A DNA stretch of 64,000 nucleotides from Nemertoderma westbladi (Eukaryota; Animalia; Xenacoelomorpha), in contig JAUCBJ010009081.1 in the NCBI GenBank assembly GCA_032718475.1, positions 24,550 to 88,549 on the forward strand, in the 5' to 3' direction. The notes under the pieces were generated by a model. The model searched no databases and was not told where the DNA came from. It was given only the letters and a program-made list of their open reading frames with translations. Shown here piece by piece: positions 26,569 through 38,712 of the stretch. Position numbers and translations under genes: made by a program. The first letter of the stretch is position 1; each line of letters begins with the position of its first letter.

Positions 26569-27306
26569 GAAGTGCGACCTCAACCTGCTCCCACTACAAC
26601 TTATCCAGAGTCATTACTCGTTTGTTTTGAAAAAATTCGTAGCAATTGCCCTGAACTGTCGGGAATTTGCTCAGTACTTAACTATAACGGACTATATATG
26701 GTTAGATGCAAAGGTTGGCGGGTTGATATACAGAGGCAAACGAGAAACGACAATATTAATTTTGACCAGGATTGGAATCAATATGTTAATGGATTCGGTA
26801 GCATTATAGGTGGAAGTTATTGGATGGGCTTAGAAAACATAAAAAATCTCATAAATTTTACTCCCAGAAAAGTTGGCTTAGGTATTAGAATTGATTATAA
26901 CGGCTATTACTACTGCAGTTCATATACTGGTTTCAGTCTTACTGGATCCGACTATAAACTTTCTTTATCTGGCTACTATGAACCCAGTTCCTACAATGGT
27001 ATAGATAATGCAGACAATCCCCCAGTATACCAAGCTTACGATGGTTTAACGCCTTTGAATGGAGTTCGTTTCAGCACAAAAGATCGTGATCGCGATGAAT
27101 GGTCATCTGGAAGTATGGTTGAATACTATGGTGGTGGAGGATGGTGGTATAAGTCCTATAGGGGTAGTAATCTTAACGGCCAGAAATACAGTACGAAATA
27201 CAAAAAATACCCATCATACGGAATCTTTTGGGCATTTGGTCCGAGTCTGGTCTTTCACAAGTCACAAGGATCGGAAATGTGGATTGATTTCAATCCAGGT
27301 TCCTAA
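26569..27306 (+). CDS. Exon 3: Pro/Thr linker plus FReD domain 2
   Basis: INFDQDWNQYVNGFG..YWMGLENI..NGVRFSTKDRDRD..GGWWY..SNLNG; ttgcAG acceptor in phase 0; stop at 27304-27306. Confidence 0.85.
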   Translation, partial: EVRPQPAPTTTYPESLLVCFEKIRSNCPELSGICSVLNYNGLYMVRCKGWRVDIQRQTRNDNINFDQDWNQYVNGFGSIIGGSYWMGLENIKNLINFTPRKVGLGIRIDYNGYYYCSSYTGFSLTGSDYKLSLSGYYEPSSYNGIDNADNPPVYQAYDGLTPLNGVRFSTKDRDRDEWSSGSMVEYYGGGGWWYKSYRGSNLNGQKYSTKYKKYPSYGIFWAFGPSLVFHKSQGSEMWIDFNPGS

Positions 27307-29094
27307 TTAGACAATGATTGTTGATTACACAGGTCGCACGATCAGCTATAATGTTGATTTTTTTCCGTAGGCCTACTATCTTGGTGATTGTTTTTAAATT
27401 ATGGTTAAAATACTATACATTTATTCTTTATTGTACATCTTATGTTAGACATTCTAGTTTATACAGATATACTATATTCTATGGTTAGGTGGTGAGTATA
27501 ACGTGATCGACCATAGAGCCAGACGAAAACAAACCCCAATTTTTTAAATTAAGCAATATGGCATTATGCATCTTCGATATAAAACCATCATATATTGTAT
27601 TGGACACTTTTATATTTGTCATAATAATAGGAAAACCGGAACAACCCATGCGACATATTCAATTTGTAAAAATAACAAAGGTAAAACATACCGGCATCAT
27701 ACAAAAGATATGATACTACCCAAATTGATATGCCGCGTTGTTTTTTCTCTGTGATAAAATCCCAGGGGAAAAACAACCTGAACAGCTTTATAGTAATTAA
27801 TGTTAATGGTAACAATTAATATAGTTACAAAAAACATATTTTCTATCATTGGAATTTAAAATGATATTCTGATACCCAGTGCCAATTTTTAATTACCTAT
27901 TGTATCTGTAAATAAAATTTAATCAGGAGACGGGATCCACATTGGGAAAAATGAGATGGTTTTTTATAGAGATTGTCTGGAGTTGATAGATTTGGTAGGT
28001 GTTGCTCTGGATCTATGTTTATCACAATGTGCGAATGTCTCTGTGCGAATGTGATGTTGTTTCTCTTTAGTTTAGTATTTTAGGTTTTGATGTGGAGGTT
28101 AAAGTAAAAATTAGGCACTGTTGGTGGTGGTGTTTCACTGAGCAATTAAAACGCCAATAAAATCTCCCCATGACATTCAACAGTTTCAGTATTTCAATAT
28201 ATTTATTTATTTATATAGTTATATATTTCGATATTTCGAAATATTTATTTATGTATTAATATATTGCGATATTGCAATATTTCGACATTTTTTTTATTTA
28301 TATATTTTTCCACACAAACAGTATTATATAAACAAAAATTATTAAGAGGGGGTACTGGCTTGGAAGTCAACATTTTATGATGCATACTACACCAAAGAGC
28401 GCTAAGTAGAAAAAAAGTGTAAGATACATTTTGGGTGGACATCAATTCATTCATTATTGAATCGTTTCTATTCTTATGGAATTAATTTGTAAATATTTGA
28501 AATAATGGAATAGTGAATGTATTTTGTAATGTGTTCAATTTCAACATTATTGATACTTGTTTTATTTTCATAACTTGAGAAATTGAAAGCTACTTGCATA
28601 CTTTTAAGTATCCTTAAGATTAATTTTCATACACCAAACAAAATTGTTCCATTCAGTTTTTTCTGGCATCACAATGGAATAACACATTAAATAAATTCGA
28701 ACATAATAAACGCCATTTTTTGAACTTGAGTTTGGAATGGAAATTGCATACAATGGAAATACCTACCAATACCTACCGCGCTACCGGTATTGTTTTATAG
28801 GGATCCTAACTTAGAGGAATAACTGGCCACTGAGATTTAGGGGAGATTTCCAGTAGCTTGGCGGGTCTTGTTTATTGTAGCAGGGCATGTCGCAGCTTAC
28901 CCTGCTGCCCTTTTGTTTGGATTTTAATATCAATTTCTTTAGAAATCCAATATTCCTTTATAATATTATAGATCGACATTTTTTGGCAGTTAAGAAGATA
29001 AATAAATAAAAAAAATAAATAAATAAGAACATATATAAATAAACCTAAAGGAACACGTGTGTACAGAATATTTATATCGATAATATTGACTTAC

Positions 29095-29143
29095 CTATTC
29101 TCTGGCTCAGCCTTGGCTTTGTATATTGTTTATTGACACTCAT
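29095..29143 (-). CDS. Putative first coding exon of the MYLK-like gene
   Basis: ATG-MSVNKQYTKPRLSQRI-G|GTAAGT; the phase-1 consensus donor matches the phase-1 acceptor of exon 10782-10662. No homology support. Confidence 0.35.
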
Positions 29144-29640
29144 TCTGTGAGCAAAGCTGCAATGGTTTCAACAATTGGGACAGTTTAATAGTCGAAGAAA
29201 ACCCCAACACGACTGTACATCATTAATTATATATATTATATGTCTATAATAATTAATATCATCATCATCTATCGAAATGTTTTAACAATAAAATAAAGAA
29301 ATAAAGTTATAATTTAAATGATTTAGGTATAATTTTCATTCGAAAGTGGAATTAATATCTATTTATTAGATGGAAATCAAATATGTTTTTTTTCCCGATG
29401 AAACCGAGATGAATGATTAGCTGAGCTTTAGTGAAAGAGGATAACATCACCATCATCTGGACATCTACAGTAGATACATAACTATCGACATTATGTATCA
29501 ATAATTATATATATACTGGTACATCATTCAATATTAATAATTATTGTGCCTGATCTTCGGTTTGTCTTGCACTAGTACGGCCGTCGATAACATAAATTAT
29601 CTTGGTACGGATATGAGTAAGAAACACTATCTGTAAGCAC

Positions 29641-29727
29641 TATTACTGTATAATATATATTACTGTATAATATATATTACTGTATAATATATATTACTGT
29701 ATAATATATATTACTGTATAATATATA
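29641..29727. repeat. 17-bp minisatellite (tattactgtataatata), ~5 copies
   Basis: Direct reading. Confidence 0.9.
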
Positions 29728-30572
29728 TAATTTCGAATAAAATTACTCACTTCAAGTCGCAATTTAGCAATTATTGATAAGATAATGGGATTTACTTATA
29801 TATGGGATTTCCAAACCCTGGAAAGTATATTCGATGGTGCCCATGGTTTCATCTAACTTCATACTTATCCGAACGATGACTTCACCTGTCTTCCGTCTTC
29901 CGGATCCGTCTTCTGGATCTCAAGTAGCAGAAGTCATCCATGTGCTCAAGCATGCTATCCTCGGAGCTTATATGCTTGTACGATATTTATTTAATTGTAC
30001 TTCCCTCCTGTTTCTGTCTAACTTACTTGAGGCCGATTCGTCCGCTGTTAGAGATAGGATATGCAACTTAAGACTGCCTGTTCAATAGAAGTGGATTAGG
30101 TGGGAGAGTGAATGGTCTAAGGACATGCGTAGAAAATTATGCATCACACAATTTATTATGAACAAGAAGAATGGTGCAGGTGTCACCGTGAAGGACTTTT
30201 TAAGGACTTCGAATGGATGTGTCACCTATAGCAGTAATAGACACAAATGTTGAAGAACTATCGCACAGTGATGTGATAGTTGCAATTTCCTCATGAATCC
30301 CATATGCTGCAAGTATGCTGAAAATACGTGATCGTTAGACTAAATCGAAGGTCTTAAAAAGTCCAGGATGTAATATTATGGTTTTGTTCAGAAATGGAAA
30401 AAATTCATTTAAAAAGTCAACAATGATAAAAACCAGGTGTCTGTCATTTTTTGTAAGCGCCAGAATGGGCTCCATGATCCAATACATTTTCGGAACCCAT
30501 TTTGGTTCCATGTAACAGTCTCTCAACATATAATTATAATTAGGTGGATGAGCTCCAAACACTCAGGCATTT

Positions 30573-33500
30573 TAAAGACCTCAGCTCTCAGGTAGGACGC
30601 TACTCCACTGGAATAAAGACCTCAGCTCTCAGGTAGGACGCTACTCCACTGGAATAAAGACCTCAGCTCTCAGGTAGGACGCTACTCCACTGGAATAAAG
30701 ACCTCAGCTCTCAGGTAGGACGCTACTCCACTGGAATAAAGACCTCAGCTCTCAGGTAGGACGCTACTCCACTGGAATAAAGACCTCAGCTCTCAGGTAG
30801 GACGCTACTCCACTGGAATAAAGACCTCAGCTCTCAGGTAGGACGCTACTCCACTGGAATAAAGACCTCAGCTCTCAGGTAGGACGCTACTCCACTGGAA
30901 TAAAGACCTCAGCTCTCAGGTAGGACGCTACTCCACTGGAATAAAGACCTCAGCTCTCAGGTAGGACGCTACTCCACTGGAATAAAGACCTCAGCTCTCA
31001 GGTAGGACGCTACTCCACTGGAATAAAGACCTCAGCTCTCAGGTAGGACGCTACTCCACTGGAATAAAGACCTCAGCTCTCAGGTAGGACGCTACTCCAC
31101 TGGAATAAAGACCTCAGCTCTCAGGTAGGACGCTACTCCACTGGAATAAAGACCTCAGCTCTCAGGTAGGACGCTACTCCACTGGAATAAAGACCTCAGC
31201 TCTCAGGTAGGACGCTACTCCACTGGAATAAAGACCTCAGCTCTCAGGTAGGACGCTACTCCACTGGAATAAAGACCTCAGCTCTCAGGTAGGACGCTAC
31301 TCCACTGGAATAAAGACCTCAGCTCTCAGGTAGGACGCTACTCCACTGGAATAAAGACCTCAGCTCTCAGGTAGGACGCTACTCCACTGGAATAAAGACC
31401 TCAGCTCTCAGGTAGGACGCTACTCCACTGGAATAAAGACCTCAGCTCTCAGGTAGGACGCTACTCCACTGGAATAAAGACCTCAGCTCTCAGGTAGGAC
31501 GCTACTCCACTGGAATAAAGACCTCAGCTCTCAGGTAGGACGCTACTCCACTGGAATAAAGACCTCAGCTCTCAGGTAGGACGCTACTCCACTGGAATAA
31601 AGACCTCAGCTCTCAGGTAGGACGCTACTCCACTGGAATAAAGACCTCAGCTCTCAGGTAGGACGCTACTCCACTGGAATAAAGACCTCAGCTCTCAGGT
31701 AGGACGCTACTCCACTGGAATAAAGACCTCAGCTCTCAGGTAGGACGCTACTCCACTGGAATAAAGACCTCAGCTCTCAGGTAGGACGCTACTCCACTGG
31801 AATAAAGACCTCAGCTCTCAGGTAGGACGCTACTCCACTGGAATAAAGACCTCAGCTCTCAGGTAGGACGCTACTCCACTGGAATAAAGACCTCAGCTCT
31901 CAGGTAGGACGCTACTCCACTGGAATAAAGACCTCAGCTCTCAGGTAGGACGCTACTCCACTGGAATAAAGACCTCAGCTCTCAGGTAGGACGCTACTCC
32001 ACTGGAATAAAGACCTCAGCTCTCAGGTAGGACGCTACTCCACTGGAATAAAGACCTCAGCTCTCAGGTAGGACGCTACTCCACTGGAATAAAGACCTCA
32101 GCTCTCAGGTAGGACGCTACTCCACTGGAATAAAGACCTCAGCTCTCAGGTAGGACGCTACTCCACTGGAATAAAGACCTCAGCTCTCAGGTAGGACGCT
32201 ACTCCACTGGAATAAAGACCTCAGCTCTCAGGTAGGACGCTACTCCACTGGAATAAAGACCTCAGCTCTCAGGTAGGACGCTACTCCACTGGAATAAAGA
32301 CCTCAGCTCTCAGGTAGGACGCTACTCCACTGGAATAAAGACCTCAGCTCTCAGGTAGGACGCTACTCCACTGGAATAAAGACCTCAGCTCTCAGGTAGG
32401 ACGCTACTCCACTGGAATAAAGACCTCAGCTCTCAGGTAGGACGCTACTCCACTGGAATAAAGACCTCAGCTCTCAGGTAGGACGCTACTCCACTGGAAT
32501 AAAGACCTCAGCTCTCAGGTAGGACGCTACTCCACTGGAATAAAGACCTCAGCTCTCAGGTAGGACGCTACTCCACTGGAATAAAGACCTCAGCTCTCAG
32601 GTAGGACGCTACTCCACTGGAATAAAGACCTCAGCTCTCAGGTAGGACGCTACTCCACTGGAATAAAGACCTCAGCTCTCAGGTAGGACGCTACTCCACT
32701 GGAATAAAGACCTCAGCTCTCAGGTAGGACGCTACTCCACTGGAATAAAGACCTCAGCTCTCAGGTAGGACGCTACTCCACTGGAATAAAGACCTCAGCT
32801 CTCAGGTAGGACGCTACTCCACTGGAATAAAGACCTCAGCTCTCAGGTAGGACGCTACTCCACTGGAATAAAGACCTCAGCTCTCAGGTAGGACGCTACT
32901 CCACTGGAATAAAGACCTCAGCTCTCAGGTAGGACGCTACTCCACTGGAATAAAGACCTCAGCTCTCAGGTAGGACGCTACTCCACTGGAATAAAGACCT
33001 CAGCTCTCAGGTAGGACGCTACTCCACTGGAATAAAGACCTCAGCTCTCAGGTAGGACGCTACTCCACTGGAATAAAGACCTCAGCTCTCAGGTAGGACG
33101 CTACTCCACTGGAATAAAGACCTCAGCTCTCAGGTAGGACGCTACTCCACTGGAATAAAGACCTCAGCTCTCAGGTAGGACGCTACTCCACTGGAATAAA
33201 GACCTCAGCTCTCAGGTAGGACGCTACTCCACTGGAATAAAGACCTCAGCTCTCAGGTAGGACGCTACTCCACTGGAATAAAGACCTCAGCTCTCAGGTA
33301 GGACGCTACTCCACTGGAATAAAGACCTCAGCTCTCAGGTAGGACGCTACTCCACTGGAATAAAGACCTCAGCTCTCAGGTAGGACGCTACTCCACTGGA
33401 ATAAAGACCTCAGCTCTCAGGTAGGACGCTACTCCACTGGAATAAAGACCTCAGCTCTCAGGTAGGACGCTACTCCACTGGAATAAAGACCTCAGCTCTC

Positions 33501-36500
33501 AGGTAGGACGCTACTCCACTGGAATAAAGACCTCAGCTCTCAGGTAGGACGCTACTCCACTGGAATAAAGACCTCAGCTCTCAGGTAGGACGCTACTCCA
33601 CTGGAATAAAGACCTCAGCTCTCAGGTAGGACGCTACTCCACTGGAATAAAGACCTCAGCTCTCAGGTAGGACGCTACTCCACTGGAATAAAGACCTCAG
33701 CTCTCAGGTAGGACGCTACTCCACTGGAATAAAGACCTCAGCTCTCAGGTAGGACGCTACTCCACTGGAATAAAGACCTCAGCTCTCAGGTAGGACGCTA
33801 CTCCACTGGAATAAAGACCTCAGCTCTCAGGTAGGACGCTACTCCACTGGAATAAAGACCTCAGCTCTCAGGTAGGACGCTACTCCACTGGAATAAAGAC
33901 CTCAGCTCTCAGGTAGGACGCTACTCCACTGGAATAAAGACCTCAGCTCTCAGGTAGGACGCTACTCCACTGGAATAAAGACCTCAGCTCTCAGGTAGGA
34001 CGCTACTCCACTGGAATAAAGACCTCAGCTCTCAGGTAGGACGCTACTCCACTGGAATAAAGACCTCAGCTCTCAGGTAGGACGCTACTCCACTGGAATA
34101 AAGACCTCAGCTCTCAGGTAGGACGCTACTCCACTGGAATAAAGACCTCAGCTCTCAGGTAGGACGCTACTCCACTGGAATAAAGACCTCAGCTCTCAGG
34201 TAGGACGCTACTCCACTGGAATAAAGACCTCAGCTCTCAGGTAGGACGCTACTCCACTGGAATAAAGACCTCAGCTCTCAGGTAGGACGCTACTCCACTG
34301 GAATAAAGACCTCAGCTCTCAGGTAGGACGCTACTCCACTGGAATAAAGACCTCAGCTCTCAGGTAGGACGCTACTCCACTGGAATAAAGACCTCAGCTC
34401 TCAGGTAGGACGCTACTCCACTGGAATAAAGACCTCAGCTCTCAGGTAGGACGCTACTCCACTGGAATAAAGACCTCAGCTCTCAGGTAGGACGCTACTC
34501 CACTGGAATAAAGACCTCAGCTCTCAGGTAGGACGCTACTCCACTGGAATAAAGACCTCAGCTCTCAGGTAGGACGCTACTCCACTGGAATAAAGACCTC
34601 AGCTCTCAGGTAGGACGCTACTCCACTGGAATAAAGACCTCAGCTCTCAGGTAGGACGCTACTCCACTGGAATAAAGACCTCAGCTCTCAGGTAGGACGC
34701 TACTCCACTGGAATAAAGACCTCAGCTCTCAGGTAGGACGCTACTCCACTGGAATAAAGACCTCAGCTCTCAGGTAGGACGCTACTCCACTGGAATAAAG
34801 ACCTCAGCTCTCAGGTAGGACGCTACTCCACTGGAATAAAGACCTCAGCTCTCAGGTAGGACGCTACTCCACTGGAATAAAGACCTCAGCTCTCAGGTAG
34901 GACGCTACTCCACTGGAATAAAGACCTCAGCTCTCAGGTAGGACGCTACTCCACTGGAATAAAGACCTCAGCTCTCAGGTAGGACGCTACTCCACTGGAA
35001 TAAAGACCTCAGCTCTCAGGTAGGACGCTACTCCACTGGAATAAAGACCTCAGCTCTCAGGTAGGACGCTACTCCACTGGAATAAAGGCCTCAGCTCTCA
35101 GGTAGGACGCTACTCCACTGGAATAAAGACCTCAGCTCTCAGGTAGGACGCTACTCCACTGGAATAAAGACCTCAGCTCTCAGGTAGGACGCTACACCAC
35201 TGGAATAAAGGCCTCAGCTCTCAGGTAGGACGCTACTCCACTGGAATAAAGGCCTCAGCTCTCAGGTAGGACGCTACTCCACTGGAATAAAGACCTCAGC
35301 TCTCAGGTAGGACGCTACTCCACTGGAATAAAGGCCTCAGCTCTCAGGTAGGACGCTACTCCACTGGAATAAAGGCCTCAGCTCTCAGGTAGGACGCTAC
35401 TCCACTGGAATAAAGGCCTCAGCTCTCAGGTAGGACGCTACTCCACTGGAATAAAGACCTCAGCTCTCAGGTAGGACGCTACTCCACTGGAATAAAGACC
35501 TCAGCTCTCAGGTAGGACGCTACTCCACTGGAATAAAGACCTCAGCTCTCAGGTAGGACGCTACTCCACTGGAATAAAGACCTCAGCTCTCAGGTAGGAC
35601 GCTACTCCACTGGAATAAAGACCTCAGCTCTCAGGTAGGACGCTACTCCACTGGAATAAAGACCTCAGCTCTCAGGTAGGACGCTACTCCACTGGAATAA
35701 AGACCTCAGCTCTCAGGTAGGACGCTACTCCACTGGAATAAAGACCTCAGCTCTCAGGTAGGACGCTACTCCACTGGAATAAAGGCCTCAGCTCTCAGGT
35801 AGGACGCTACTCCACTGGAATAAAGACCTCAGCTCTCAGGTAGGACGCTACTCCACGGGAATAAAGACCTCAGCTTTCAGGTAGGACGCTACTCCACTGG
35901 AATAAAGACCTCAGCTCTCAGGTAGGACGCTACTCCACTGGAATAAAGACCTCAGCTCTCAGGTAGGACGCTACTCCACTGGAATAAAGACCTCAGCTCT
36001 CAGGTAGGACGCTACTCCACTGAAAAAAGACCTCAGCTCTCAGGTAGGACGCTACACCACTGGAATAAAGGCCTCAGCTCTCAGGTAGGACGCTACACCA
36101 CTGGAATAAAGGCCTCAGCTCTCAGGTAGGACGCTACACCACTGGAATAAAGGCCTCAGCTCTCAGGTAGGACGCTACTCCACTGGAATAAAGGCCTCAG
36201 CTCTCAGGTAGGACGCTACTCCACTGAAAAAAGACCTCAGCTCTCAGGTAGGACGCTACACCACTGGAATAAAGGCCTCAGCTCTCAGGTAGGACGCTAC
36301 TCCACTGGAATAAAGGCCTCAGCTCTCAGGTAGGACGCTACTCCACTGGAATAAAGACCTCAGCTCTCAGGTAGGACGCTACTCCACTGGAATAAAGGCC
36401 TCAGCTCTCAGGTAGGACGCTACTCCACNNNNNNNNNNNNNNNNNNNNNNNNNNNNNNNNNNNNNNNNNNNNNNNNNNNNNNNNNNNNNNNNNNNNNNNN

Positions 36501-36541
36501 NNNNNNNNNNNNNNNNNNNNNNNNNNNNTACTCCACTGGAA
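30573..36541. repeat. 41-bp tandem satellite (taaagacctcagctctcaggtaggacgctactccactggaa), ~143 visible copies
   Basis: Direct reading; the first ~110 copies appear identical, variants appear after ~35087; interrupted by an N gap. Confidence 0.98.
36429..36528. other. Assembly gap (100 N)
   Basis: Run of n within the satellite; true array length unknown. Confidence 1.
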
Positions 36542-37093
36542 CGAGTGATTTTGATGCTCTTTGCAGCAGTCTTGGATTCAGCAAAGGAGATGTTAGCAAT
36601 GGTTATATCTGTGAGTCCAGACTCATAACTGCTGTATCACAAAGTTATCGCGCAATAACCTGACCGCTTTCGTTGTCTAGGTTCTCAGATAATTTATCGG
36701 TTAATTTATAGACTTTAATTTTGAAATGTAGCCTAAATATATTCAGAAATTAAAGTAGGGCCTATGGTAACTTAAAAATAATTTAATAAGTCAATATTCA
36801 AGACAGCAGATTATATAGGTATAAAACCATTACAAGTCTAATAAATATAAATAAATATAAATTCGATACAGCGAACTATCAAACAATGGCTAGTAATTAC
36901 AACAATTAATTAAGGTTAATTAATTACCACAATTAAGTATACTGTAGATCTGCATCGTCTGTTGTGGACACTTAGTTGAGACCGAGAGGGAGGGAGTGGG
37001 GAAGGGGGATGAGGGTGTTGTGGGGGGATGGGAAATGAGTAGGTTTAGTGACATTATGTTCTAACCAAAACAATAAACGGGTGTCAATAACAC

Positions 37094-37379
37094 GGCCCAT
37101 GTGAAGAATACCAGACTTTCTGCCGTTATATTTCACTTTGCAGTTACCCCCATGTGAAGAATACCAGGCAGCCAGGTTTTCACCAAAACCAAAGGTTACA
37201 GAAGGGCTGAATCTAACCAAAACAATAAACGAATTAGTATATGTACAGGTTATAAGACAGAAATAAGCGCTATAAAACACTTAATAAAGATAAATTAAAA
37301 AAAATAAAAAATCTTCATATATAAAATTCCAATATAAAGTCGACCGAAAAGTGAAATCCTGGTATTCTTCACATGGGCG
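37094..37379. mobile_element. 286-bp MITE with 21-bp TIRs and 8-bp TSD
   Basis: TIR (g/c)gcccatgtgaagaataccag at both ends; TSD aataacac at 37086-37093 and 37380-37387. Confidence 0.85.
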
Positions 37380-38712
37380 AATAACACAGGTTACAGTTGC
37401 GTTTTATTTAATCGTATACAGCTGTTACTATTTTTGTCAATTTTAACCTGTAGAAGGCTCCATTTCGTTTGTGTCAAGAGCCCGCCACTCACAACTCCTA
37501 TAATACCTACGTCATATGTCAATATGCTGTACCGGTATGTTGAGAAACTAACAAAAGGAAACAAAAAGAATTAAGTGGGCGCAAATAATTATAAACCAAG
37601 AAGATTGCGACTTATTATAACACTTATACTTTTATCTGAGGGTGTATAAGAGATAAGCCAATGACACATGTTAACGCCTATTGGCAAAGTACAAAACCGA
37701 TATTATATTGTTATTATTACAGTTATTAGCCTATTATTATTGCTCTTACCTGATACCATTTGCATTGAATAACCCGGAAGGGGGTATATACCAATCAATC
37801 TCAGTCAATCTCAAAGAAAATCAGTAATCTTGGCAACCACTGGGTTTCTGGGCGGTCATCATTTCCTTGCATTCTGGCTTGAGAGGAAGGGAGGCCGTGA
37901 TTGGCTGATACCTCAGGCTACAGTTTCACTGACCTTGCTAGACTGTACCTAAGCCAAATAAATATAACTCAGTTTTAATGAGGGTATGTTTGCCTGGAAA
38001 AATCATCCTCCTACACAAGCCCTTCCGTCAGAACACTACTTCTCGGCACATTTAGTTTAAATGTGTGTCATTGTATGGGGATTTCTATTCAATTAACTTA
38101 CAATCAATTAATATAGTAAGTACTAGGTAGTACAGAGCTGAGCTGATTTTATGGTTAGGCGAGAGGTCATGTCAACCAGCTTGTGGTGGGATTTATAATA
38201 AACTTATTAATAAATAATTAATATTAATAATAGGCCTAAGTGCCGTAGGTTAAAAAAAATTCAGAGATGAGGCTGCTTTTCCCATATAATTGGATTGATA
38301 TATGGTTTGATATCGCTGCGAGTCTACGACAACCGGCAGTTATATGCAGGAAGAAATAAGGATATTTTCACAGGGCATGTAAGACACAAAGTAATACATT
38401 AATATTTCGCACTTAACCCCCCCCACACTGCCGTTGAAATTCTTTAGATCTCCCGAACATATTTATTTATATTGTATATGTATATTTTTGTTAAAAATAT
38501 ACACAATCAAACACGTTATATTTAGTATTAGTTAATACAAATATTGTAATTACAAAATCAAATATCCCAGATAATATATCTGGATAATATACCAAAAGAG
38601 AGAACATGATGTAGACTAAGTTGGGTTTGAGGCCAGTAAATATTAAAACACTGAAACTACAATAAGGAAGTGAAGTAAACTAGAGGGATATGAAATCAAA
38701 TAGATAATTTAA

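Larger units (their letters stand above)
29800..36680 (-). mobile_element. Decayed RTE-type LINE ORF2 remnant related to 49866-52337, interrupted by the 41-bp array
   Basis: The reverse complement of 29800-30572 aligns by eye with ~50740-51750 (e.g. catggatgacttctg vs tgtggatgacttctg; cagcatact...atatgggattc), and that of 36529-36680 with ~50580-50730 (gctgcaaagagcat). Confidence 0.85.

Noticed and set aside
30573-36541. CRISPR array
   Set aside because: Head-to-tail identical units with no unique spacers, no cas genes, eukaryotic context; the unit derives from a LINE.
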